Origin: Eledone cirrhosa
Lineage: Eukaryota
DNA: 64,000 nucleotides
NCBI GenBank assembly: GCA_964016885.1
Contig: OZ024740.1
Location: 218,984,001-219,048,000 of the forward strand
Direction: 5' to 3'
Shown here: positions 51,318-61,428 of the stretch, piece by piece
How positions within the stretch are numbered: position 1 is the first letter of the stretch
Layout: each line of letters begins with the position of its first letter
Notes under the pieces: model-generated
The model's input: only the letters and a program-made list of their open reading frames with translations
Databases searched by the model: none
Told to the model about the DNA's origin: nothing
Program-made: the position numbers and the translations under genes

Positions 51318-51710
51318 ATATATATATCATCCTCATCATCATCATCATCATTTTACGTCTGCTTTTTCCTGCTTGCAAGGGTTGGATGGTTCCTATTCAG
51401 CACAGCATCTCTCCACTTGTCACAGTCATTCGTCATTTCTTTGGTGAGTTTCAGTGATCTGAGGTTGCTCTCACCACCTCCGCCCATGTTTTACATGGTC
51501 TACCACTACTGTGTCTTCCTTCTACTGGGATTTCTTGGTACTTCTTTACCCAGCAGTCATCCTCCATGCGCATCGCATGTCCATATCATCTCAGCCTTCT
51601 CTCCTGTACACCACAGTGTATGGTAAACATATATATATAGTTTAATCCATATAAGCATGTTAGACATTAAATGGTGATGATGATGATAATGATGATGATG
51701 ATGATGATGA

Positions 51711-51750
<40 letters not shown>

Positions 51751-51779
51751 CGTTTTTGAATTTGTTTGTCAAGATTTCT

Positions 51780-52700
51780 GAAAACATGTGTTGAAAGAGA
51801 TATTGTTATACTTTGGGAGGGTCATGCTGCCAATAAAAACACATGTACCTGTTGGTTTTCACATCAATTTATTATAAATTTCCGGTTGGTTGGTTGGTTC
51901 GATAACCAGATGGTTGTTTATATACTGTCAAAGCTCTTTCGTCACACATTCTCTGACCTCCTCAGTGACTGGGTTTTTATTTTGTGTCTCTCCTTTGTTC
52001 TGTTCTACACCATCTTGTTTTTATGTGTTGTGCGATGTGTGCTTCGTTTGCGCATGCATTACATCCGGGTGTACGTGTGTACTTGTCACTGATTGGTTTT
52101 TGTTCTATCTGTGTGTGACTGATTTGTTTTGTTAGTTTGGTTTTTGTGTGCATCTGTATGTCTTCATTTTGTCCTTAATTACTAGTTGTGATGTTGCTAT
52201 TCCACTCATGTTTGCTGTTTAATTTTGGTTGGAGTTCGTTTATGTTATTTGTTTATGTTTATGTTCTTATGTCGCCTCTGTGATTTGTCTGTGATTTGTC
52301 TGAGTGTGGATATCATTTTTATCTCCATGTTCTCTAATGTGCCCCTATGTTCTATTTTGGCATGTTGGTGGAGTACTGATGAGTTTTTCTCATCCTGGAG
52401 TTCTCGCCAGTGTTCACTTATCCTTTCTCCTGTGCTACAGGCTGTGTGAGTCTAAGTAGGAGTCCCAGCTCACTGGTATCAATCCCACAGAATTCTACAT
52501 CACTCTCGCTGATCATTTCTACGCATTTTTCCCCAACAAAATCAACGTTCTCCATGCTGTCACATATATCTGATCATACACCCTATAATTGAAATGTCCC
52601 CAGATGTACGTGACAGCACAGAGGACTTCCTCAGCAGAATCAGCAAATGCAACCTGTCTAGGGACCTAACAGGCTGTAAAAAGGTAGCGCTCTAGGCACA
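51780..52700 (-). mobile_element. Rearranged Penelope-like element remnant (RT pieces, GIY-YIG C-terminus, terminal repeat with hammerhead)
   Basis: Minus 52200-52430: EHWRELQDEKNSSVLHQHAKIEH..RQITEA..ELQPKLNSKHEWN. Minus 52440-52560: SMENVDFVGEKCVEMISESDVEFCGIDTSELGLLL. Plus 52600-52670: VRDSTEDFLSRI. Confidence 0.65.
51925..51971 (-). ncRNA. Minimal type I hammerhead ribozyme with intact core
   Basis: Minus strand: GTCA-CTGAGGA-G-GTCA-gagaatgtg-TGAC-GAAAG-AG-CTT-TGAC (stem I GTCA/TGAC, CUGANGA, stem II, GAAA, CUU triplet). Sense to and downstream of the GIY-YIG fragment. Confidence 0.7.
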
Positions 52701-53109
52701 GAGCCCATCACCCTCTCCTCTTCCGCCTCCTTTTTTCTTTGACTTTAGAGTCTTTGCATTTCATCTACTTTTTCTCTTATTTATGTCCTTTTGTAGTCCT
52801 TTCCTCTACTTTCCCACATGGCCAAATCTGTCCTTTACACCTTTCACATTTGTAATGTTATTTATACAGTTGTAAATAAAATTAGTATATTACATCTTTA
52901 AAAAGATAAAATAAAAATAAATAATTTTGAATAATGCCAGTTATTTGTCATCCTCACAACTGACATTATATTTCCTTCTTTCTTGTGTATGATTATTACT
53001 TCTATTCTACTGGCTGACTGGCGGATTGGCATTGCTGTAGGTTACAAGGAAGATCTCTACATGAATATGATCTTGTCTGAAAATCTAGAGAAATAACAAA
53101 CGAATATAT

Positions 53110-53350
53110 ATAGGGAATGCCAGTGGAAGGAAGCCACAGTAGAGGAAGAGAACGAAAGGTATGGGCAGAGGTTATGAGAGCTGACCTCAAATTGCTGAGA
53201 CTCTCAGAGGAGATGACAAAGGAACGTAGCAAGTGGAGAGATGCTGTGCTGAGAAGGACCTGTCCAACGCATGCAAGCATGGAATAACGGATGTAAAAAC
53301 AATGATGATAATGATGAGGTTGATGATGATGATGATGATGATGATGATGC
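53110..53350 (+). mobile_element. 3' end of a second RTE family with (GAT)n tail
   Basis: GMPVEGSHSRGRERKVWAEVMRADLKLL..WRDAV; reverse copy at 51330-51625. Confidence 0.7.
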
Positions 53351-53689
53351 TGCTTCTGATAATTCATCTGACTACCAGCCATCCATAAGATTCCTTGATA
53401 TAAATGTCTTGATTAGGATTAGCTACCTTGGCTTATAAATGAGGTTTGAATTTTTGACTATTTCTCAGACATAAAATAGGGTGGGGTGGGGGTGGCTTAT
53501 ATTCAGATCAGCTTATATTCAAATGTATACGCTACTTTGGAAAGTACTAGTATAATGACAACATAAGCCATGAGAGACAAAAATAAATAGAAGTTACTTG
53601 GAATAGATAAAATTCTGTTAATCTAGATAAAAAACATTTATACACATCTTCTTATAGTTTGGGAGGGTCATGCTGCAATTATAGACATA

Positions 53690-56616
53690 TCAGATTTTAA
53701 CGGACACGTAGGTAAACACTGCGACGGCTTCAATAGAGTACATGGAGGCCATGGAGTTGGCACAAGGAATGAGGAAGGATTCAGACTTCTAGAATTCTGC
53801 GACGCCAATGACATGTCGATATGTAACACAAACTTTAAAAAACCCGACAACCACCTGATCACCTATAGATCAGGGGAGCACTCTAGTCAGTTAGATTTTA
53901 TCCTCATCAGAGGACGTGACAGATGGACGGTCGTAAACACAAAAGCCTTCCCTAGTGAGGAATGTACATCCCAACATAGCTTAGTTGTCAGCGACCTCAC
54001 GGTCAGAACTAGACGAGCCCTGAAACAGAGGCCAACCTGGAGAAGAAAGATCTGGAAGCTGAAAGTCCCCTCAACCAGTAACAGATTTAAAGATATTTTA
54101 CTCAACGCCTACGACAGTAAAGAAGAACAGATAGAGACATTTAACGTAGAAGAGAACTGGGAGTTCCTAAAAAATAACTTACTAGAGGCGACGGATGAGG
54201 TTTGTGGCTGGAGTAAGACCTCAAGCAGGAGGAGAGTGACTTGGTGGTGGAACAATAAGGTAGATGAAGCAGTCAAGGCCAAGAGACAGGCATGGAAAGA
54301 ATGGAAGAACGGGGGGAGCAGGGTACATTACATAGAGACCAAGAGGGAAGCTAGGCGACAAGTATACTTAGCTAGGAGGGAAGCAGAGGATAGAAAATTC
54401 AAGCATGTTTTACAACGTGAGGACCAGAAACAGGAGGTATTCAAGATTGCGAGGCAGTGTGTCAGAGATAGTTGTGATGTCATTGGAGAGAAGTGTATCC
54501 GGAATGATAAAGGTGAGCTTGCCCTCACAAGTGCTGAGAAGAAAGATGCATGGAAGAGTCATTATGATAGATTACTAAATGAGGAGAATGCATGGGAAGA
54601 AGAGACCCTACCCCACGTAGACCCTATAGAGGGACCAGCAGTACAAGTCAGCGGCAGCGTAGTAAGTAAGGCAATCAGAGATATGAAGATAGGGAAGGCA
54701 ACCGGTCCATCGGGTATAGCTGCCGAGATGCTGAAGGCATCTGGGTCTGTAGGTCACACTATAACCACACGTATCGTTAACCAGGTAATACTAGAGGGGG
54801 CCATACCAAAAGATTGGTGCAGTAGCATCATTGTCAACTGCTACAAAGGTAAAGGCGATGCACTAGATAGAGGAAACTATAGAGGTATAAAGTTGATGGA
54901 CCAGGTCATGAAAGTAACAGAAAGAGTTATAGCACAGCTGATTAGGGACCGGGTGAATATAGACGAGATGCAATTTGGGTTTGTTCCAGGGAAAGGCACC
55001 ACTGATGCGCTCTTCCTTGTGAGGCAATTACAGGAAAAGTACCTAGCTAAAAGTAAGCCACTCTACTTGGCATTTGTCGACCTTGAGAAAGCCTTTGACA
55101 GAGTTCCACGTGCAGTAATCTGGTGGGCTCTTAGAAAACTAGGAGTAGATGAATGGCTTGTGAAAGCGGTACAAGCCATGTATAGGGGAGCAGTCAGCAA
55201 AGTTAGGATTGGCAATGAGTATAGCGAGGAATTTAGCGTACAGGTTGGGGTCCACCAGGGCTCTGTTCTTAGCCCTCTCCTGTTCATCATAGTCCTGCAG
55301 GCAATAACGGAGGAGTTTAAGACCGGATGCCCATGGGAACTCCTGTATGCTGATGACCTCGCACTCATAGCTGAATCTATGGTAGAACTAGAGAATAAAT
55401 TCCAAACCTGGAAGCAGGGACTAGAGAGAAAGGGCCTCAAAGTCAACATGACAAAGACTAAGGTCCTTATAAGTAGACGAGAAAACAGAACCCAGATCCC
55501 CTCAGGGAAATGGCCTTGCTCAGTATGTAGGAAAGGTGTAGGTAGGAACTCCATTCTTTGCCCCAAATGCAAACAATGGGTACACAAGAGATGTAGCGGG
55601 ATCTCAGGAAGCTTAATTAAGAATGTAGGATTCACATGCAGCAGCTGTGCTGAAACAGCAAGCAAACAGCCACAGGAAACAAGTACCACCAATCTCTGGG
55701 AGGGCCCTGTAGAAACAGTAGACAGCTTCTGCTACCTAGGTGACCGAATTAGCAACGGAGGTGGGTGCTCAGAAAGTACAATAACTAGGGTAAGAACGGG
55801 ATGGAAGAAGTTTAGGGAACTACTACCACTGCTAGCTGCAAAAGGCTTCTCCCTCAGAATGAAAGGCAGACTGTATGATGCGTGTATCCGAACAGCGATG
55901 TTGCATGGTAGTGAGACCTGGGCGCTGAAGGTGGAAGACTTACGTAGATTAGAGAGAAACGAAGCCTGCATGCTCCGATGGATGTGTAACAGTAATATAC
56001 GTGAACGACAAAGCATAAATGAATTGAGAGAGAGACTGAGCATAAGAGGAATCAAATGCTGCGTGCAGGAGAGGCGGTTACGCTGGTATGGACATGTGAT
56101 GCGTATGAAGGATGACAGCTGCATAAAAAGGTGCAGAGCACTAGAAGTTGATGGAAACCGCGGAGTGGGGAGACCCAAGATGACTTGGGATGAGGTGATA
56201 AAAGCCGACCTTACCCAACTACACCTCTCAAAGTCAATGACACACGACCGTGACTTCTGGCGTCACGCAGTAATACAGGGTACCCGACCTCCCATGGGTA
56301 CATGCTGAAGCATATAAACAATATGCCCCCCCCCCCCCCGCCGCAAGGTGGTCGTGGAGGTGCCACGGCAAAAAAGCACCCAGCCCACACTGTAAAGTGG
56401 ACGTGTAGGCGCCACGAAAAAGCACCCAGCACTCACTGTAAATGAGGTTGGTGTTAGGAAGGGCATCCAGCTGTAGAAATCAAGCCAGATCAGTTCCTGT
56501 ATGAGCAAGGCATGGTCAGCCGACCAGACACTGCCCACAACAGGACAACCCGTCTAACCCATGCTAGCGTGGAAGAACGGACGTAAAACGGTGATGATGA
56601 TGATGATGATGATGAT
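53690..56616 (+). mobile_element. Young RTE-clade LINE, truncated within the APE domain, with 3' UTR and (GAT)n tail
   Basis: Frame is open from DFNGHVG (53693) to the stop at 56308. Confidence 0.95.
53813..56308 (+). CDS. RTE ORF: partial APE endonuclease, reverse transcriptase, PHD-type zinc finger
   Basis: SQLDFIL/SQH (APE end), WWWN, KATGPSG, NYRGIKL, QFGF, FVDLEKAFD, HQGSVLSP, LLYADD, C4HC3 cluster at 55517-55648, FCYLG, LRWYGHVMR, GRPKMTW. Confidence 0.9.
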   Translation: MSICNTNFKKPDNHLITYRSGEHSSQLDFILIRGRDRWTVVNTKAFPSEECTSQHSLVVSDLTVRTRRALKQRPTWRRKIWKLKVPSTSNRFKDILLNAYDSKEEQIETFNVEENWEFLKNNLLEATDEVCGWSKTSSRRRVTWWWNNKVDEAVKAKRQAWKEWKNGGSRVHYIETKREARRQVYLARREAEDRKFKHVLQREDQKQEVFKIARQCVRDSCDVIGEKCIRNDKGELALTSAEKKDAWKSHYDRLLNEENAWEEETLPHVDPIEGPAVQVSGSVVSKAIRDMKIGKATGPSGIAAEMLKASGSVGHTITTRIVNQVILEGAIPKDWCSSIIVNCYKGKGDALDRGNYRGIKLMDQVMKVTERVIAQLIRDRVNIDEMQFGFVPGKGTTDALFLVRQLQEKYLAKSKPLYLAFVDLEKAFDRVPRAVIWWALRKLGVDEWLVKAVQAMYRGAVSKVRIGNEYSEEFSVQVGVHQGSVLSPLLFIIVLQAITEEFKTGCPWELLYADDLALIAESMVELENKFQTWKQGLERKGLKVNMTKTKVLISRRENRTQIPSGKWPCSVCRKGVGRNSILCPKCKQWVHKRCSGISGSLIKNVGFTCSSCAETASKQPQETSTTNLWEGPVETVDSFCYLGDRISNGGGCSESTITRVRTGWKKFRELLPLLAAKGFSLRMKGRLYDACIRTAMLHGSETWALKVEDLRRLERNEACMLRWMCNSNIRERQSINELRERLSIRGIKCCVQERRLRWYGHVMRMKDDSCIKRCRALEVDGNRGVGRPKMTWDEVIKADLTQLHLSKSMTHDRDFWRHAVIQGTRPPMGTC

Positions 56617-56689
56617 CACTCACATACATTAACCTTTTCGTGACCATATTTTTAATGAAATACATTTATTTGGAGGGATTTACTAAAAT

Positions 56690-56962
56690 CATTAATTCAG
56701 CCGGATCAATTGGAGATTGTTGCTTTCGACAGGGCCTGCTGGAAGGTGTGCTTAATATTCAGGATCCAGCCAGATCAGTTGGAGATGGTTGCTTCTGGCA
56801 GGACCTGTTGGAAGGTGTTGTTTGAGGACTCTGCCTCCATGACCTCGGGAATAAGTGGACGAAGAAGAAGAAGAAGAAGAAGAAGAAGAAGAAGAAGAAG
56901 AAGAAGAAGAAGAAGAAGAAGAAGAAGAAGAAGAAGAAGAAGAAGAAGAAGAAGAAGAAGAA
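56690..56962 (+). mobile_element. RTE-like 3' end with internal duplication and long (GAA)n tail
   Basis: CAGCC.GATCA.TTGGAGAT.GTTGCTT..CAGG.CCTG.TGGAAGGTGT occurs twice; terminus matches 33824-34100. Confidence 0.65.
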
Positions 56963-58084
56963 GATATTTGCAACATTACTTAACAAATGGTTCAAATATG
57001 AAACTAGCGGACCAATGCCATCAATAATAACGGCGCAATTTTTGAACATATTTAATTTTGGGTGTCTAGGATTGGTATGCTATATATACCAGATATATGA
57101 ACAATCATACAAACTGGGAAATTTGCATTTTGATAAATTAATGGTTTGTATAAAATTGCAAAACCCTATAGTTTATGTTACATGGAAGTGATTAAAGGTA
57201 AAAATGATGCTTGCAAACAAACCAAATATTAATAATATTATTATAATATTATTAAAGTTCAAATCCTGCCGAGGTTAACTTTGTCTTTCATCCTTACGAG
57301 GTTGATAAAATAAAGTACCAGTAATGTACTGGTATAATTGCTGGCCTTGTGCCAAATGTAGAAATAATTATTATAATGTTATTATTATTATTCACTCACG
57401 AATACATGTTAGAGCGAAAACAAGTTTTGTTTTTAATTTTCGCCAAAGCCAGCTGTAAAATTGTTCGGTATGCAAATTAGGCTAATCAGCCGATGTAATC
57501 TTTGAGAATATTATGTATTCTCAGCAGTTCCAGCTGGTAGCAGAGAAGAGAGAATATAACAAATGTTTACTGTTTTCTTTCTGCTACCGCTGAAACAAAA
57601 GGATGACATTAGTCATCTAGAAAACACATGTCGTATTATGAGGCTGTTTGCTTGCAAACAAACCAAATATAAATAATATTATTATAATATTGTTATTATT
57701 CGCTCACAAATACATTTAGGTATCCACCATATTAGAGGGAAAATTTTGTTTTTGATATTTTAGTAGTTTATTTCTAAGATATAATTACATAAATGTTCGG
57801 CATATTTGTACAAATGACACACTGTAGTAAATGTATGAGTAACGTTAGAGAAATATCTATTTACAGGGGCAGGTATAGGGTTAGAACACAACACCATGTG
57901 ATTTGAAAGCAAACTTCTTATTATAGCAACATGACTGGTATAGGAAATGCATTGTGTGTGTATGTAAATTTTAAAGATTTAAAACAGATATATGTAAATA
58001 TACAAACACATGTGGCATACTATTATAGTTGATTATGTTGGAAAATTAAATTTTAGTCTTGTGACACTAAACTCTGTCAGTTGC

Positions 58085-58850
58085 AGACTGCGCATCAACA
58101 TGAGATATTCTTCTTCACAAAGTTCGATCACCAGCAGCAGAGTTTAAAGAGCAAAGATCAAGTCCAGTCCATAAGTTGTCATTATCAAGCCATCGGTTTG
58201 GCTGTTGGCCTCTGCTTCTCTTACCAGCCAACCTTCCTTCCAGACATAACCTACTCACACCATCCTTCCAGGCATAACCTACTCACACCACGAGTTGATC
58301 TTTTTATATGACTGTATAGTTTGAGTACTCTTGACTTGACAATTGATGTAATTGGTCTAAGTTTGGCAATGTTGAGCAGCTCACTGATACAGATACGGTT
58401 GCTGAGCTGCTTGCCTCCCATAAGTGTCATTATGTGGTTCTGGAATGTAGAGAGCTTCTGAAGTGACCTTGTCATCCACTTAACACAGGGAAGACCATAT
58501 AACACAACTGGTAGGATGTAAGTATCAAAGATCTTAGCCTTCAAATGATAGGAAACTCATTTTGATGTTAGTACTTCCTTGTTCTTGTTGAAAGCTGCCC
58601 AACCTAGAGCAATGCGATACTGCGCAGCAACCATTCCATTGTTGTTTGATGAGAGTTTGTGATTGAGATATACAAACTCCGTAACTTGAGTAATTTGCTG
58701 GTTGTAGATTGTGAGTTGGAGATTTGCATTGTTTTTATCAGTTGTCATACACTTTGTTTTGGAGATGTTGATGTGTAAGCCAGCCTCCAGCAAATGTTTG
58801 GCCAGTACATTCAGAAAGTCTTGCAGATCAGTTCTAGAGTAACTCATTTA
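58085..58850 (-). mobile_element. Decayed RTE-like LINE C-terminal region
   Basis: GLHINISKTKCM..QVTEFVYL..RIALGWAAF and KIFDTYILPVVLYG..LKLYSHIKR..CLEG. Confidence 0.75.
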
Positions 58851-60114
58851 AACAGGAAACCTTTAAAATGGGTGATTTTATTTCATTGAAGCAAGGGCAG
58901 CTTTGGGCAGATTGGTATCAAAGAGTTAAGTTGTTATAAATTCACTGCAAGTATATAGATAACATAGAATGTAATGATAGTTCAACTCACTAAAACTGAA
59001 AATATAAGTACACACATAAGCTGCAAACCAATTATCTGTCCAACTATTTTCAAGACGGAAACAAAAACAATAATATGAAGATTTATCAATATCTTGAAAT
59101 CTATAATATATAAGTGTAGTGGATGACAGCTTAAAGTCTCATGAGTATAAATATAAGTGTGAGGGGGGAAACAGTGTGATAAGATGGTAGGGGGGGGGGG
59201 GACGTATTGGCAGCTACATGCTGGCTTTGCAATGGGGGGGGGGGGTGTATTATGGTAGGAGAGAGAGAGAGAGTTAGTGATAGCAGCGACAGAGAAATAT
59301 GATGGTGTGAGTGGTGGAAGACAACTGTCTCATGGGGAAAAAATTATGACTAGCAGTGGAGGGTGGTGGTACAGAATATAGGGACGAGAGATGGTTAAAT
59401 GGCAATATCATCATCATCATCATCATCATCATCATTTGGTGTACATCACCATTCTGGCATGGGCTGGACAGGTTGTCACAATACAAGCCTAGACAAGTTG
59501 GAGCTATCTCATATTGCTAATGTGTTTCATATTTGGCATGGTTTCTATGGTTGGATGCCCTTCCTACTACCATCCACTTTACAGAGTGTACGGAGTGTGT
59601 TTTTATTTGTGGCATCACCACTACCACTTTACATGATGTACTGGGTACAATTTATCGTGGCACCAGCACTATCATTTTACGTGGTGTAATGGGTGCATTA
59701 TATATATATTTTAATATGCATATTTATATGTCACAGGCCCCCTTCATTCACAAATGATCATGGATTTGCACCTAGAAAGTTCCCCTCTAAGGCATAAGCC
59801 TGGGCAAGATGTGTTTGTGGAAGACCAGTAGTTGCCTATGCATACCAGTCACCCCTCTCCATGCCACCAATATTGTCAAGGAAAGGTAATGGCTGATACA
59901 ACTTGGCACCAGTGATATCGCAACTAATTTCTACAGCTGAGTTAACTGGAGCAACGTGAAATAAAGTTTCTTGCTCAAGAACACAATGCACCACCTGATC
60001 TGGGATTCAAACTCACAACCTTATAATTGTGAGCTCGATGCTTTAATGACTAAGCTACACACTTTCACATATTTATATGTACACACATACACACACACAC
60101 ATATATATATATTT

Positions 60115-60191
<77 letters not shown>

Positions 60192-60899
60192 TGGGGTTGA
60201 AATGTAGACAAAAGGGAACAGAATGTAAATTGTCTTGATTAATTATGGAAGTGTCCTCATTCAAAGAATTCAGAAACTATGGAAATGTTCACATTATTAC
60301 CGGCAGAATTAGGACGGAGGATTGACACGTTTTCACACATATACATTTCTCTTCAGTTTTAGTGATATTCTGTTTCTCATTAGTGCACTAATTAGTACTA
60401 ATCAACTGCTAGGATGGATTTAAATTGATTAACCCCTCCGCCTAAATTTTTTAACTTGTGCCTATCTTAGAGCTTATTACTGCTGTTAGTTGAAGGTCAG
60501 GAATTGACAGAGTGATTAGAATGTTGGATGGAATGCTTTGTGGCATTTGTTCCAGCTGATGTGAGATCAAATCTCACCAAGGTCAAATTTGCCTTTTATC
60601 CTTAATGGTAAAGTTAAAGTCTGTCTCAAGCTTAGAGGCTCATCAGGCCAGTGAGTGTTCATCCAAGTTTCCTTAGCATTAAGTGACTGAAAATTCAAGA
60701 CTTCCCATGGAAAGAATGCTAGTCCATCGGAAGGTTAATCCCCAGTTACTGCTGGTACTCACTTTCAGCTGAGTGTACTGGAGCAACATGAAATGAAGTG
60801 TTTGGCTCAAGAACACAATATGTCACCTGGTCAAGGAATTGAACCCACAGCAATATTATTGTAAGTCCAACACCTTCACCACTATGCCATGTGTCTTCT

Positions 60900-61428
60900 G
60901 GGGATCGATAAAATATAGCACCAGTCAAATGTTGAGGTTGATGTAATCAAGCTCCCCCTCCCTGTAAATTGCTGACCTTGTGCCTAGATTAGTTGCTATT
61001 ATTACTGAAGGGCGGTGGATTGACAGTATCGGTAGAGGGTCGGACGCCATGCTTTGCAGTATAGAGTTACGGCCCTTTACAGTCTGAGTTCAAATCCTGC
61101 CAAGGTTAACTTTGCCTTTCATCATTACGGGGCCGATAAAATAAAGTACCAGTAATGCACTGGGGTAATTGCTGGCCTTGTGCCAAAAGTAGAAACAATT
61201 ATTACTGAAGGCAGTCGGATTGACAGTAATGGTAGAGTATCAGACAAAATGCTTTGCAGCATATAGTCATATCCCTTTATGTTCTGAGTTCAAATCCAGC
61301 CATGGTTAATTTTCCTTTCATCTTTACATTGTTGATAAAATAAAATACCAGTAATACACTGGGATTGATGTAATGAATTTCCTCCTCTCTATAAATTGCT
61401 AATCTTGTACCTAAATCAGAAACCATTA
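60900..61428 (+). mobile_element. Tandem family-A SINEs; middle copy has a ~14-bp TSD
   Basis: ATTATTACTGAAGG at 60998-61011 and 61198-61211. Confidence 0.88.

Noticed and set aside
55063-56178. Antisense ORFs over LINEs (also 631-1575, 38615-40606, 50433-50879)
   Set aside because: Shadow frames of the retrotransposon coding strand.
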